Of a DNA stretch of 64,000 nt, positions 8,756-18,514 are shown in pieces. The notes under the pieces are model-generated. The model was given only the letters and a program-made list of their open reading frames with translations, was not told the DNA's origin and made no database searches. Source of the DNA: a virus; IMG/VR virus record IMGVR_UViG_3300025705_000581, one strand, 5' to 3'. Each line of letters begins with the position of its first letter. The stretch's first letter is position 1. The position numbers and the translations under genes are program-made.

Positions 8756-10360
8756 TTACAGCACCAACCCATTATCATCGTCAGCCCAATCCCCGCCTGT
8801 ATCAATAAACCCAAATGGAAGCATTTCCTCATCTATTTGTTCTTCGGTTTTTTCTCTAAGCTTTGCTAACGTGTGTATATCAGATAATTCTCTAAAATAG
8901 TCTTGGCTAGTAAACCAAGCAAATATTACCAAGTTCATTACCAGGTCATCGTGTGCACCTGGCTCTGCCTCATATGAATTTCCTTTCCGTGAAAACCGAG
9001 ACAGTTCTTGTATTGTGTCATAATCCCGCAGTAATACTTGATCTTGCTCTACTAACATTTTTAGCATTTGGCAACCAGTACCCTTTACGAGTTTTGTTGT
9101 TCTTATTCCATTATCTAATCTTTTACCACCAAATCCTGCCGAGACACGTTTACCTTTTGCGCCTGCGTTTTCGGTGTATAATAAGTTTTCATAACCTAGA
9201 TCCATTAAAAGAACATCACTCACTTGTTCTCCAATGTCATTAATTTCTATTAAAACACTTGCTTCATTATAAACAGTACCTATTCTATATATAATAGATG
9301 CAAAATCTACAGGTGTAACAAAGTTATCTCGGAATACACAAACCTGTTCGTAAGGCATAGTTGTAGCATCAAGTACTGTAAATGTTGAGTAATCTAATCC
9401 TTTACCTCGAGATACGTCAACCGTCATTACATATGAGTGTTCAGCAATTGGTTTTGCATATTGAGAAATACCTTCAGCCTGGTGTAAAGGTTTGTCATAT
9501 GCTAAGGTTTTAAGTTTTGCACCATTAATAAGTGTACCTGAACTGCCTAGAAACTGGCAACAGTACTCTTGGTTGAACTTTTCTTCATCATAATCAAGTG
9601 CCTCGAGTGTTTCCTGTTTCCATTTCTCATCACGTCCTGGAACATCATCCCACATAACTTCAGTATACTCATAACCGTTTGTACCTTCTTTTGCACCTTT
9701 ACAAGTTTTCCAAAAATGGTTTAACCCATTAGGTGTAGAAGTCATCAGAAGTTTTGTTGACTCGCCAGACGAGATAGTAGGATAAACAGATGCGAAAAAA
9801 TCGTCGTATCCTTCAATAAATGCAACCTCATCAAGGTATAGAAAATTAACAGACTTACCACGAATTGCGCTCGAAGACGTAGTACCTGCCAAAACTTGGC
9901 AACCATTTTCAAGTGCAATATTTCCTTTGTTCCATTCTTCAATTCCTTGTTGAAGCCATTTAGGTAATGCTTCATATGCTAACTTGACACGAGCCATAAC
10001 TTCCCTTGAAGCATCGCCTTTGTTTGCCAAAATAGCAACTGTTTTAAATTCATTAAATAAAATATAGTGTAAAATGATAGCAACCGCAGTTGTTGTTTTA
10101 CCTGACTGACGTGCTGTTAATACCGCGACGCGGCGATTATTTGTAATCTTTTCAACAATTTCTTCTTGATAGTTATACATATTAAACGGTACAAGACCAC
10201 GGTCAACATGGACGATTTTAATATATTCCTTTGCGAAATAAATTGGATCATCCGCACATTTGGTGTATTCCTGAATAAGTTCGGCATTCCATTCAATACC
10301 TTCACCAACACGTTTAAGATGTGAGTTACCTAAGTACCCTTTATTCATCATCTTTGTCAC
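8756..10360 (-). CDS. gp17: Terminase large subunit, gp17 family
   Basis: Walker A region ARQSGKTT, Walker B LYLDEVAF, STPNGLNHF, nuclease motifs VDVSRGKGLDYS and HDDLVM; no intein seen. Confidence 0.98.
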   Translation of the reverse strand: MTKMMNKGYLGNSHLKRVGEGIEWNAELIQEYTKCADDPIYFAKEYIKIVHVDRGLVPFNMYNYQEEIVEKITNNRRVAVLTARQSGKTTTAVAIILHYILFNEFKTVAILANKGDASREVMARVKLAYEALPKWLQQGIEEWNKGNIALENGCQVLAGTTSSSAIRGKSVNFLYLDEVAFIEGYDDFFASVYPTISSGESTKLLMTSTPNGLNHFWKTCKGAKEGTNGYEYTEVMWDDVPGRDEKWKQETLEALDYDEEKFNQEYCCQFLGSSGTLINGAKLKTLAYDKPLHQAEGISQYAKPIAEHSYVMTVDVSRGKGLDYSTFTVLDATTMPYEQVCVFRDNFVTPVDFASIIYRIGTVYNEASVLIEINDIGEQVSDVLLMDLGYENLLYTENAGAKGKRVSAGFGGKRLDNGIRTTKLVKGTGCQMLKMLVEQDQVLLRDYDTIQELSRFSRKGNSYEAEPGAHDDLVMNLVIFAWFTSQDYFRELSDIHTLAKLREKTEEQIDEEMLPFGFIDTGGDWADDDNGLVL

Positions 10361-10781
10361 CCTTAAGCATTTTCAATAAATCAGCGGTGGACAAAATTAA
10401 ATTATTATTAGTTACGTTTTGCTGGTCAGGTTTACCGCCATTCTTTTCTTCTTGTGCGTATTTCTTTTTAGTGGAAATATCAACATAATCTTTATTGGCA
10501 TCAAGCAAGGTTTTCATTAATGTTGAAACAACCTCAAATGCCCGTGGTGACTCAGATTGCTTTGCAATTTCAACCATTTCTTTAACGGCATCATCACCCA
10601 TTTCAATTATGTTCTTGACATTCTTTCTTGCTAATTCCATATCAGAAACATTTTCATCATCAGATGCAATAGCAGGAACTGATGGTTCTTCAATTGGTGC
10701 TGGGATAATTTCATTAACTTCATTTTGTATTTCACTCAAAGGCCGAATACCTAATGCCTTTGAAATATGGTCATCACTCAT
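10341..10781 (-). CDS. gp16: Terminase small subunit, gp16 family
   Basis: ARKNVKNIIEMG, SESPRAFEVVSTLMKTL, NNNLILSTADLLKML; overlaps gp17 start. Confidence 0.92.
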   Translation of the reverse strand: MSDDHISKALGIRPLSEIQNEVNEIIPAPIEEPSVPAIASDDENVSDMELARKNVKNIIEMGDDAVKEMVEIAKQSESPRAFEVVSTLMKTLLDANKDYVDISTKKKYAQEEKNGGKPDQQNVTNNNLILSTADLLKMLKGDKDDE

Positions 10782-11596
10782 TATGTATCTTCCTCATCTA
10801 TAATTGTTATGATTCCCCAATCATCTTCAAAGTCAATTTGAGTATATGGAACCGTTTGATTAATATCCGTTGTGGCAACATTAGCAGCGGTCATACCTGG
10901 CTGAAGTGTTACTTTTTCCAATAAAGGACTTGATATGTCAGAGTCCGGGGCGAACTTTGCATCAATAAATTTAATAACTTTCTTAGTTCTTTCAGGGCCA
11001 TAATACCAGCCTTTAAGTGTGAAACTCAATGTATATAGAATAGCACGACGTTCGGTATATTCACCTTCATACAAATCTTCTGTAATAACACTCTGTAAAA
11101 CAATAGGAACATCAACAGGTGGCAAATCAGGAATTAGCTTAGCACTTACAGTCCAATCAGGTTGAAAGAATGGTAGAATTTGTTCTAATATTTTTGTTGC
11201 GTCTTCTTGATACTTTGTCATAATATACAATGAAAAGTCAAGGTTATAAGGTGCACCACCATAGACATAACTTTTTGAGTCGTTAGTATCACCTACTGCT
11301 TTTGATTTCATAACTCGTTGGGTTGTACCAATTTTGCGCTCACCGTCATAAGACATACTTGTCATTTCAAATGACATTCGTGGTAATGTGATTGCTGACT
11401 TACGGTTTAAACCTGGATCTTGTTCAACTCTTGATAGTATCTTTTGCATTGGTGCATATGAAATAGGAACAATCATTGATTGCTTTGTTACACCTGCGTT
11501 GTCGCTTCTTTCGATTGATAACTGATTAAACAAGGTACCAAATATTGCTACATATTTTCTTGTAAGACCGTTGTAAAAATGATTTGCTATTGCCAT
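10781..11596 (-). CDS. gp15: Tail sheath stabiliser / completion protein, gp15 family
   Basis: FGTLFN, VPISYAPMQK, LPRMSFEMTSMSYDGERK, EQILPFFQP. Confidence 0.95.
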   Translation of the reverse strand: MAIANHFYNGLTRKYVAIFGTLFNQLSIERSDNAGVTKQSMIVPISYAPMQKILSRVEQDPGLNRKSAITLPRMSFEMTSMSYDGERKIGTTQRVMKSKAVGDTNDSKSYVYGGAPYNLDFSLYIMTKYQEDATKILEQILPFFQPDWTVSAKLIPDLPPVDVPIVLQSVITEDLYEGEYTERRAILYTLSFTLKGWYYGPERTKKVIKFIDAKFAPDSDISSPLLEKVTLQPGMTAANVATTDINQTVPYTQIDFEDDWGIITIIDEEDT

Positions 11597-11597
11597 G

Positions 11598-12269
11598 TTA
11601 ATCGCCTATACTTATGTTTTCACTAAACGGATCAATCTCTGAGAAGTCAAGGATATCGTCACCTTCTGTTTCAAAGAATGTGTTCTGTGCAATTGGATCG
11701 GTGTTTGCCAATGCCGTAAGTGTTGTTGGTGTAGTAGGATCAATATCAGCAAAGAACGTATCAATGTTTTCAACACCTGTCTCAAATCTTTCACCGCTAT
11801 ATTCCATCAATTCGCATCTAAGGTCATATACCTGTAACGCACCAGTTTGATAGAATACGCTTTCGTGCTCGACGTGCATAATTTTGAATATCTTTTCATT
11901 CAATGGGAAGTAAATGCAGTCACCTTCGAGTGGTCTGGTCTTTAAATGATTTTCACGAGTTGCAAATCTTTCAAATGTTCGGAATGCTACTGTGAATGTG
12001 ATTGAGTCTCTGATCTGTAAACCAAATCTTGATAGGAAGTCACCTTCACCTTCAAATCCATCTACGTTCTTAACATACATTTCCATCTGATAGGTTTCGT
12101 TAAAGATTGACAAATCGTCTTCGTTGAGTATTTCATCTTTTGCTTGAAATGCTCTTGAGATATAGATAGTGTCAAGACCATAGATTTGAATTGATTCAAT
12201 AACTAGGTCATCTACGAGATTTTGCTCATATGTGTTATCGTAATTTTGAAAATAAAGATTTGTTGCCAT
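11598..12269 (-). CDS. gp14: Neck protein, gp14 family
   Basis: EQNLVDDLVIESIQIYGLD, YVKNVDGFEGEGDFLSRFGLQIRD, PLEGDCIYFPL. Confidence 0.95.
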   Translation of the reverse strand: MATNLYFQNYDNTYEQNLVDDLVIESIQIYGLDTIYISRAFQAKDEILNEDDLSIFNETYQMEMYVKNVDGFEGEGDFLSRFGLQIRDSITFTVAFRTFERFATRENHLKTRPLEGDCIYFPLNEKIFKIMHVEHESVFYQTGALQVYDLRCELMEYSGERFETGVENIDTFFADIDPTTPTTLTALANTDPIAQNTFFETEGDDILDFSEIDPFSENISIGD

Positions 12270-12271
12270 GG

Positions 12272-13015
12272 TTACCCAATGAAGTTATAAGTAAGTGGTT
12301 GAAGACTTTGTATAGCATCCTCTTCCATTCTTAACTTATCTTCTCTCGCCTCCGCTAAAATTTGCTCACCGTTAAAAGACACACCGCCAACAAGCTGCAT
12401 ATTATTAAACTTGGTGAGGTTTAAACCCCATTGTTCTCTTACTAAAACTGCGGCATAATTTTGCAGCCAACGGTCCGACCAAACGTCTTCATAGAAATCT
12501 TCATCTACAACGTCATATGCTTCAACGATAATATACGTACCTACAACCCATCTCGATGGATCATTGTCAATATAAAGTTTATTAACGTGTTTGTTATAAC
12601 GGATGAGAGGTTTGCCAACAAGGATCTCTTGCATAAATTCAATATGCTGCATAGTCATATAATAGTTCTGCATTGAGTAACTTGTTAGTTCGGTGATGTT
12701 ATTTAAAACGAATTGATATTGAACATTAAACATGCCAGACCCGGTGGCAATACTTGTATCAAAATCAAATACTTTTGAAATACCGAGCAATTTTTGCGGC
12801 AATTGAATATAACCGTTTGCTTTATCGGCTTCAGTAATTTGATGTTTTAGATATACAAGTTGACTGCCGTTGTAATGGTAATCTCTCCAAAATGAAATTG
12901 CTTCATCAACACGGTCATCTACTTGTTCGTCCGACACGTTAATTTGAATAACTGGCGCACCAATCTTTCTTAAAATATGTTCTTTAAATTCATCTCTTGT
13001 TGTTGGCTGTGCCAT
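12272..13015 (-). CDS. gp13: Neck protein, gp13 family
   Basis: LRKIGAPVIQINVSDEQVDDRVDEAI, QWGLNLTKFNNMQLVGGVSFNG. Confidence 0.95.
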   Translation of the reverse strand: MAQPTTRDEFKEHILRKIGAPVIQINVSDEQVDDRVDEAISFWRDYHYNGSQLVYLKHQITEADKANGYIQLPQKLLGISKVFDFDTSIATGSGMFNVQYQFVLNNITELTSYSMQNYYMTMQHIEFMQEILVGKPLIRYNKHVNKLYIDNDPSRWVVGTYIIVEAYDVVDEDFYEDVWSDRWLQNYAAVLVREQWGLNLTKFNNMQLVGGVSFNGEQILAEAREDKLRMEEDAIQSLQPLTYNFIG

Positions 13016-13025
13016 GGTTGTCCCC

Positions 13026-13358
13026 TTATGCCAGCTCTGATCTTACAATGATCTTAATGTAGCCAGTGTTTGGAAATGTTTCTGATGTTCCGTTTGTATA
13101 ATCAATTTGGAATTCGGCAGAGTGAATACCTGTGTTTGCAGTATCACCTGGTTGCCAATCATATTTGACTATTCCTTTTGATGCATTAACAACTGCACCG
13201 AGTCCGTCTGTGACAATAGATGTTCCACCTTCGGAAGTCATATGAAATTTTATAGCAGATGCATTTGTCATGGATCGTGCTCTTCCAGTTGCGTCGGTTA
13301 AAACGGCTTCAATAGAAGGAGCTGTATCGTTTTGTTTAATGTAAAAACTAGCCGCCAT
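13026..13358 (-). CDS. Small Ig-like virion protein resembling the BppU N-terminal domain
   Basis: FYIKQNDTAPSIEAVLTD...GIVKYDWQPGDTANTGIHSAEFQIDYTNGTSETFP pattern. Confidence 0.65.
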   Translation of the reverse strand: MAASFYIKQNDTAPSIEAVLTDATGRARSMTNASAIKFHMTSEGGTSIVTDGLGAVVNASKGIVKYDWQPGDTANTGIHSAEFQIDYTNGTSETFPNTGYIKIIVRSELA

Positions 13359-13400
13359 TGTACTTTCTCCAAGTCTTTTGTTTTTATTTATTCAATGTCT

Positions 13401-14198
13401 TTAGTAGCTTTTTACTAAACGACCTTGTGATGGTCTTACGAGTGTTTCGTTTCTATAATCACGGCTGATAATTTTAACTCCTGTTCTTAAATCAGTATAG
13501 TTATTATCATCAATTCTTACACCGTTTTCACCGCTTTTTGTTGTTCGCAATCCATTCAAACTATTTAATATGTTTAACTCATTCTGTCCATCATTTCCAT
13601 TACGGAATGCAAGACCATTTAATCCTGTCCTGCTATATTCTCTTGTTGAATCATTGATTGCAACTGATGAGAGTAAAAATGGTACAACAGTATCACCTTC
13701 AAATTCTGATACTTGCGCCATTCTTGATGAAAGGCCAATTTCAAATACCTTATCAAAAATACCTTTAACAGGTACTTCACCTGTGCCTGTTGCACTAAAT
13801 GATGTTTTAGGTTTACCTCGGGCCGATACTAATACACCTGTTTGGAAATCTGTTATGAAATCAAGTGTAGTGTTTACAGTAGCACGGTTTGGTACATCAA
13901 CTTCAGTATCCGTTGTAAATGTAATTGTCTGGTTCAATGCACCTTTGATTGGTGCAATTGCTGTTGCATCTAAAATAAACGGTACGAGTACATCACCATC
14001 AAAGGCGCCTGTTGCTACGGAAGATGATGTTGATACTCCAAATGATATTCCGACATCAGCACTACCAGCAATTGGATTAAATGCTGTTGATGAAAAGGTA
14101 AAAGGTAAAGTAAATGCTAGATTACCAGATGCTGGTACTCTTACACCGTATGAAACAACGGAAAAATCTAGTGTATTACTTGAGGTCCCTGTTGCCAT
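13401..14198 (-). CDS. Hypothetical beta-rich virion protein
   Basis: 265 aa, Thr/Ser/Gly/Val-rich with short internal periodicity; inside the structural operon. Confidence 0.55.
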   Translation of the reverse strand: MATGTSSNTLDFSVVSYGVRVPASGNLAFTLPFTFSSTAFNPIAGSADVGISFGVSTSSSVATGAFDGDVLVPFILDATAIAPIKGALNQTITFTTDTEVDVPNRATVNTTLDFITDFQTGVLVSARGKPKTSFSATGTGEVPVKGIFDKVFEIGLSSRMAQVSEFEGDTVVPFLLSSVAINDSTREYSRTGLNGLAFRNGNDGQNELNILNSLNGLRTTKSGENGVRIDDNNYTDLRTGVKIISRDYRNETLVRPSQGRLVKSY

Positions 14199-14216
14199 GG
14201 AACGTCACCTCCAGGC

Positions 14217-14624
14217 TTATGCACCGCCCGCAGTGATTGTGAATGAAGTAATAGAAATTTGCTGTCCAACAGCAATACTTGTGTTATCGAGTTCCATATC
14301 ACCGCCACCTGAGGTTACTGTGATTGATCCTTGCATATGGCATGATGTGCCACCAGAATTGTGTACTCGGAAATAACCTGCAACACCCGTTGAGTCAGCA
14401 GATAAATCTTGCCATGAACCTAATAGGTTTACAACACCACTTGAAGGTGCACCTAAAAAGTCAGAAGGCAATGTCATAGTTGCAAGAACGGTACCTGTGT
14501 TTGCTGAAGCACAATTAGTAGGTGGTGATCCTGTTGAAATTGTGAGTATTGGACTAACGCCTGTTGTTGTTTCTATTGCGGCAAGTGTCGCATTTCTAAC
14601 GTCGTCGGATAATTGAAACGCCAT
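14217..14624 (-). CDS. Conserved phage virion structural protein
   Basis: VRNATLAAIE...GTVLATMTLP...ADSTGVAGYFRV...GDMELDNTSIAVGQQISITSFTIT; preceded by a late promoter. Confidence 0.65.
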   Translation of the reverse strand: MAFQLSDDVRNATLAAIETTTGVSPILTISTGSPPTNCASANTGTVLATMTLPSDFLGAPSSGVVNLLGSWQDLSADSTGVAGYFRVHNSGGTSCHMQGSITVTSGGGDMELDNTSIAVGQQISITSFTITAGGA

Positions 14625-14664
14625 TTCTTTCTCCCTTTAAATAAGAATTGTACTGTGTTCCAAC

Positions 14665-14672
14665 TATTTATA
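14665..14672 (-). promoter_or_regulatory. T4-type late promoter
   Basis: Exact TATAAATA upstream of 14217-14624. Confidence 0.75.
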
Positions 14673-14673
14673 A

Positions 14674-15450
14674 TTAGTTACGTCTTTCAATATCATCTTC
14701 TGATAATGTATCGCCCATCCATACTTCAATCACCTTTACAGGTGTTTTACCGACGTTTTTAGCCAAATGCCATGTTTTTACAGGAATGTCAATGCTATCA
14801 CCAGTTGAATAAACCTTAGATGTTTTGTATCCGTTGGGAAACTCAAGATTCATTTCAAGTTTACCATCAACAATATGCCAATGTTCCGAGCGAACAAAAT
14901 GCCGCTGATCTGATAATGCCGCATTAACATCAATAGACAATTCTTTAACTTTCCAGTGTCCGTTGTTATCCAGGTTACGGTATTTACCCCATAATCTTTG
15001 CGTTTCAGGTTTATCCCAGTTTTCAAGCAACCATGACGAACTGTTCTTTTTATCATTACCGCCAACGCCAAATACAAAACTAATATCGCATTCGTCTCTG
15101 AGTTGACGTGCATATTCTACCTCAGGTGTTGTGCCCTTTTGACGGTCACCACCATTAGCAAATATGATTTTTGAGTTTCTGGGAAATGTATCTTTGATAT
15201 GCCTAATAGCTTCACAGGCATGATTTTCGGTATCGTCAAATTCAAATACACCACCGACACATTTGATTTCTTTAACAATAGCAGAGCGTTCAGACATAGG
15301 CATAAACGGTCTACCTTTTTTACGAGTTAACCATGCATCAGAATTTAAACCAACCATAAGAATATCACCGAGTTCTTTTGCGGCTTTAAAATATTCAATA
15401 TGCCCTGAATGGAGTGGATCAAATCCACCAGTTACTACAACTACTTTCAT
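14674..15450 (-). CDS. Cytidylyltransferase (RfaE/TagD-like) fused to a cupin resembling the mannose-6-phosphate isomerase C-terminal domain
   Basis: N-term VTGGFDPLHSGH (HxGH), GLNSDAWLTRKKGRPF, FANGGDR; C-term RLWGKY, QRHFVRSEHWHIVDG, IPVKTWH, IEVWMGDTLSEDDIER. Confidence 0.85.
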   Translation of the reverse strand: MKVVVVTGGFDPLHSGHIEYFKAAKELGDILMVGLNSDAWLTRKKGRPFMPMSERSAIVKEIKCVGGVFEFDDTENHACEAIRHIKDTFPRNSKIIFANGGDRQKGTTPEVEYARQLRDECDISFVFGVGGNDKKNSSSWLLENWDKPETQRLWGKYRNLDNNGHWKVKELSIDVNAALSDQRHFVRSEHWHIVDGKLEMNLEFPNGYKTSKVYSTGDSIDIPVKTWHLAKNVGKTPVKVIEVWMGDTLSEDDIERRN

Positions 15451-15451
15451 A

Positions 15452-16672
15452 TCAATTACCTTTCATAAAATAATCCCACGCAAAACTAACTTTTGTTTTA
15501 TTAGAAATCATATTTCTTTTATTATTATAAATTGACGGATGTACCCACCAATCTTCATGAGCGTTAATAGGATCAACACTAAGGTCTTGTACCATCAGTT
15601 TATATCCTATCTTATGAAGTATATCCCGTGAGTTATCTTTAAAATCGTTTTGCCACCAACAATAATTATGTTGGAATTGGATAATCCCAAATTCATATTT
15701 GTTAAATGGTATTTTTGTTAATACATCAAGAGATGTTTCTTCAGAATTAATGCGTAAAAAATCAATGTATTGTTCCATACAAGATTGATTAAACAACAAG
15801 TCAAAATTAATTTGGGAGGCATCACTACGGATAATCTGACTCGTTCTTTCTCTTGAATGTATATAACACATTCTTTCATCGTTGTCAATACTAATACCCT
15901 TCCACCCAAATTCTTTTTCAAGCAATGCGGTATTATTACATTCAGTTGGATGCCCAGAACCTATTTCAATAAATGATCCACCTTCTTTACCATCCGTCAC
16001 TGATAATACAAATAAGTCTTGCATATGTCGGGCATAGTTTTGTTTAATATTTTCAAATCCAGGAAACGGAAACTTGTATAGGTCTTTATCTTCATCGGTG
16101 TATGGTATACGATGTGGATATCCTATTTTATTAATCCATTCACAAACATCCTGAAACGATTCTTTGTCCAAACTTTCTCTATGCTTTGCTTTGAATAACA
16201 ATAGTTTTGAACTATCAACACCATCAGATTTCCAACGAGCAATTGCGTATTGTGCCGCAAATGCCGACATACCTGGAAACCCTATATCAAGATCACCTTC
16301 TGCATTTGTATTTTTGCCAATACTACTCCATACAAGTGCATCTCTATAATTGTCTTGAGTTATTGATAATTGTGCAAGAAAGTAATATGCTTCAGGTCTT
16401 TCAGGCATAACCTGAATTGCGTTTTTAAGTAATCCCCAAACGGTTTGAGATCTCCTACCTGCTTCATCATAAACCGCAGCACCACGTATCAAACTTTTAT
16501 ATTGTATGATACGTTCTTCTTCTGTAACACCAGGTGAATAATCCGCAGCTCTTAAATAGAATGTAAAGGCAGCAGCTAATTGGCCAAGTTTAAAATATTC
16601 TTCTGCAAGTGCAAATGATTTCCAAGGATTGTCATAGTCAAGAACGACTTCATTTAGTAAATTATTAATCAT
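15452..16672 (-). CDS. TPR-repeat protein fused to an FkbM-family SAM methyltransferase-like domain
   Basis: Helical N-term with PERPEAYYFLAQL; C-term QDLFVL...FIEIGSGHPTECNNTALLEKEFGWKGISID...IDFLRIN...HEDWWV. Confidence 0.72.
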   Translation of the reverse strand: MINNLLNEVVLDYDNPWKSFALAEEYFKLGQLAAAFTFYLRAADYSPGVTEEERIIQYKSLIRGAAVYDEAGRRSQTVWGLLKNAIQVMPERPEAYYFLAQLSITQDNYRDALVWSSIGKNTNAEGDLDIGFPGMSAFAAQYAIARWKSDGVDSSKLLLFKAKHRESLDKESFQDVCEWINKIGYPHRIPYTDEDKDLYKFPFPGFENIKQNYARHMQDLFVLSVTDGKEGGSFIEIGSGHPTECNNTALLEKEFGWKGISIDNDERMCYIHSRERTSQIIRSDASQINFDLLFNQSCMEQYIDFLRINSEETSLDVLTKIPFNKYEFGIIQFQHNYCWWQNDFKDNSRDILHKIGYKLMVQDLSVDPINAHEDWWVHPSIYNNKRNMISNKTKVSFAWDYFMKGN

Positions 16673-16674
16673 AG

Positions 16675-17715
16675 TTATACCTTAGTTAAAAAATCAAAGA
16701 ATACGCCCTTCGGCATTTTCAAAATATATGATGCGTTATCACTTAAACCAAATGAGATTAAGATATCTGTTTCGGTAAATGTAACACCGGTTACAAACTC
16801 AATATTAAATTCCTGACTTTTTGCATGGTCATAATAAGTACCCATAAAATGAAATTCTTTTGATGTGTGTATAATGTTCCAATCATTATCCCAAACAACT
16901 ACACGGTGTGCATAGTTACCATCTTTTCTAAAGAAAGAGTCTTTAAGCAAATTTGTTTCATGGCAAAATGCCATTTGCTTATTATCATCAATACGAATAA
17001 CCTGAGAACCGCCACGCAAATCTTTTTGTAAATTAGCACGTTGGTCTTCACTTAACTGAACAGCATCCTCACAAGTACCTTCTTCAATGTTAAATTTAAC
17101 AACCTGAGTTGGGTTTGACCATTTAACAAAATGCCAAGGCATATCTAAAATAGGCATCCAATTCTTTTCACAATATGATTTATCACCATTTGGTGCAGGA
17201 ATTGGGTGACGACTGATTTCTTTCCATTCAGTACCATCGTGTTCAACGTGGCACATTTCCATACGTCCCGTACCTTTATCATCATAGCAATCACGGCGAA
17301 CACCGCAAAGGTACATTTTATCATCCCATTTAAATAAACGTGCATCCTCAAGGCCAACAAAGTTCCATGTTGGTTTAGTATCTAAAACCATGTTTACTCG
17401 ACCTGCCGACAGCAGTTTGAAATCTTTATCGTATTCGCATAGAATGTTGTGTGTTCCTAGTTTAACATCATCTTCAGGATGTATATAAACTAATGGTCCC
17501 CACTGATGTGGAAACTTTTTACCTTCACTGTGATATAGGATATAATTGATATGGCGAACATTAACAAACATCCTATCACCATCTAAAAAGATGCTAGGAT
17601 TCATTAGGCCGGTATCTTCGCCGCCTAGTACTTCTCTTGGAATAATAATAGGATGTATTTCACCGCCACGTTTAAGAGCGTATGTAGCCAGCCCACCTAT
17701 ATGCAAATCGTGCAT
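16675..17715 (-). CDS. Five-bladed beta-propeller glycosidase/phosphorylase-like protein (GH43/GH130-like)
   Basis: MNPSIF, GLEDARLF, CEKNWMP, LRGGSQ, EFVTG blade motifs. Confidence 0.62.
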   Translation of the reverse strand: MHDLHIGGLATYALKRGGEIHPIIIPREVLGGEDTGLMNPSIFLDGDRMFVNVRHINYILYHSEGKKFPHQWGPLVYIHPEDDVKLGTHNILCEYDKDFKLLSAGRVNMVLDTKPTWNFVGLEDARLFKWDDKMYLCGVRRDCYDDKGTGRMEMCHVEHDGTEWKEISRHPIPAPNGDKSYCEKNWMPILDMPWHFVKWSNPTQVVKFNIEEGTCEDAVQLSEDQRANLQKDLRGGSQVIRIDDNKQMAFCHETNLLKDSFFRKDGNYAHRVVVWDNDWNIIHTSKEFHFMGTYYDHAKSQEFNIEFVTGVTFTETDILISFGLSDNASYILKMPKGVFFDFLTKV

Positions 17716-17744
17716 TATGCCTCCATAATATAAACATTATTTAA

Positions 17745-18077
17745 TTAACCCCAAACAGGGTTTCTTTGTGTCATAGTCAATTTGTCAATCTTTTGTTGGA
17801 TTTTTTGATTGATAATTTGCTCATGAGGTTCGTCTATCGTTGCTTTCACCCAATTGATAACCGTTTCTTCAGTTAAGGAATCGAGTGATACAAAACTGTC
17901 AGCGGATGTATCAACGGCAGACAAAGTGGTACGTCCCAAATATGTTGCTTCATTACCACTTAAATCTGTACCGATCTTTTTCCACTTAACTTCAATAACG
18001 GCATTTTCAAGAGTGTCGCCGTTACTATTAACCTGATTTTTTGTTCCAAGTTTTACGACTTTCCATTCATATACCAT
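17745..18077 (-). CDS. Small tail-fibre-associated protein, paralog 2
   Basis: YEWKV...FVSLDSLTEETVINWVK; similar to 18090-18482; follows the S74 fibre gene. Confidence 0.6.
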   Translation of the reverse strand: MVYEWKVVKLGTKNQVNSNGDTLENAVIEVKWKKIGTDLSGNEATYLGRTTLSAVDTSADSFVSLDSLTEETVINWVKATIDEPHEQIINQKIQQKIDKLTMTQRNPVWG

Positions 18078-18089
18078 TTAGTTCTTTCC

Positions 18090-18482
18090 TTATCCTAAGG
18101 CTTCAGGGTCTGGCGTTACTGATTCACCTGTTGCCCAAGGCAAGTCATTTGGACTAACTTCTTCTTCATTTTCTCTATCAATTTGCAATTGAATTTGCTC
18201 ATCAATGTGTGCTTTATAAGATAGTGAACCATTAACAACTGCTTTGATCCAACCGATAACAGTTGCTTCAGTTAAATCTTCAAATGCTGTAAATGTTCCT
18301 GCTGGTACATTAGCCGCGGTAAAAGGTGTTGCTCCTGCAAACTCTCCTGCGTCACCGTTTGCGTCTGTTCCTTTAACTCTCCAAAAAGTTTGAACAACAG
18401 CGTTTGTATTAGTTTCGCCGTCGATATTAACCTCATCTTTTACCTTAAGGCTTTCGACCGACCATTCATATGTAAATGCCAT
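18090..18482 (-). CDS. Small tail-fibre-associated protein, paralog 1
   Basis: YEWSV...FTAFEDLTEATVIGWIK; directly downstream of the 3119-aa fibre. Confidence 0.6.
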   Translation of the reverse strand: MAFTYEWSVESLKVKDEVNIDGETNTNAVVQTFWRVKGTDANGDAGEFAGATPFTAANVPAGTFTAFEDLTEATVIGWIKAVVNGSLSYKAHIDEQIQLQIDRENEEEVSPNDLPWATGESVTPDPEALG

Positions 18483-18514
18483 TTTTAAATCTCCGTCTGT
18501 GATTGTAGTTATAT

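Noticed and set aside
340-10360. Inteins, introns or homing endonucleases in gp17/18/20/23
   Set aside because: All are continuous ORFs of ordinary size with no splicing or endonuclease motifs
13570-14376. 268-aa plus-strand ORF (also 34220-34771, 2286-2822 and similar)
   Set aside because: Antisense shadows of genuine minus-strand genes with biased codon use; no independent motifs
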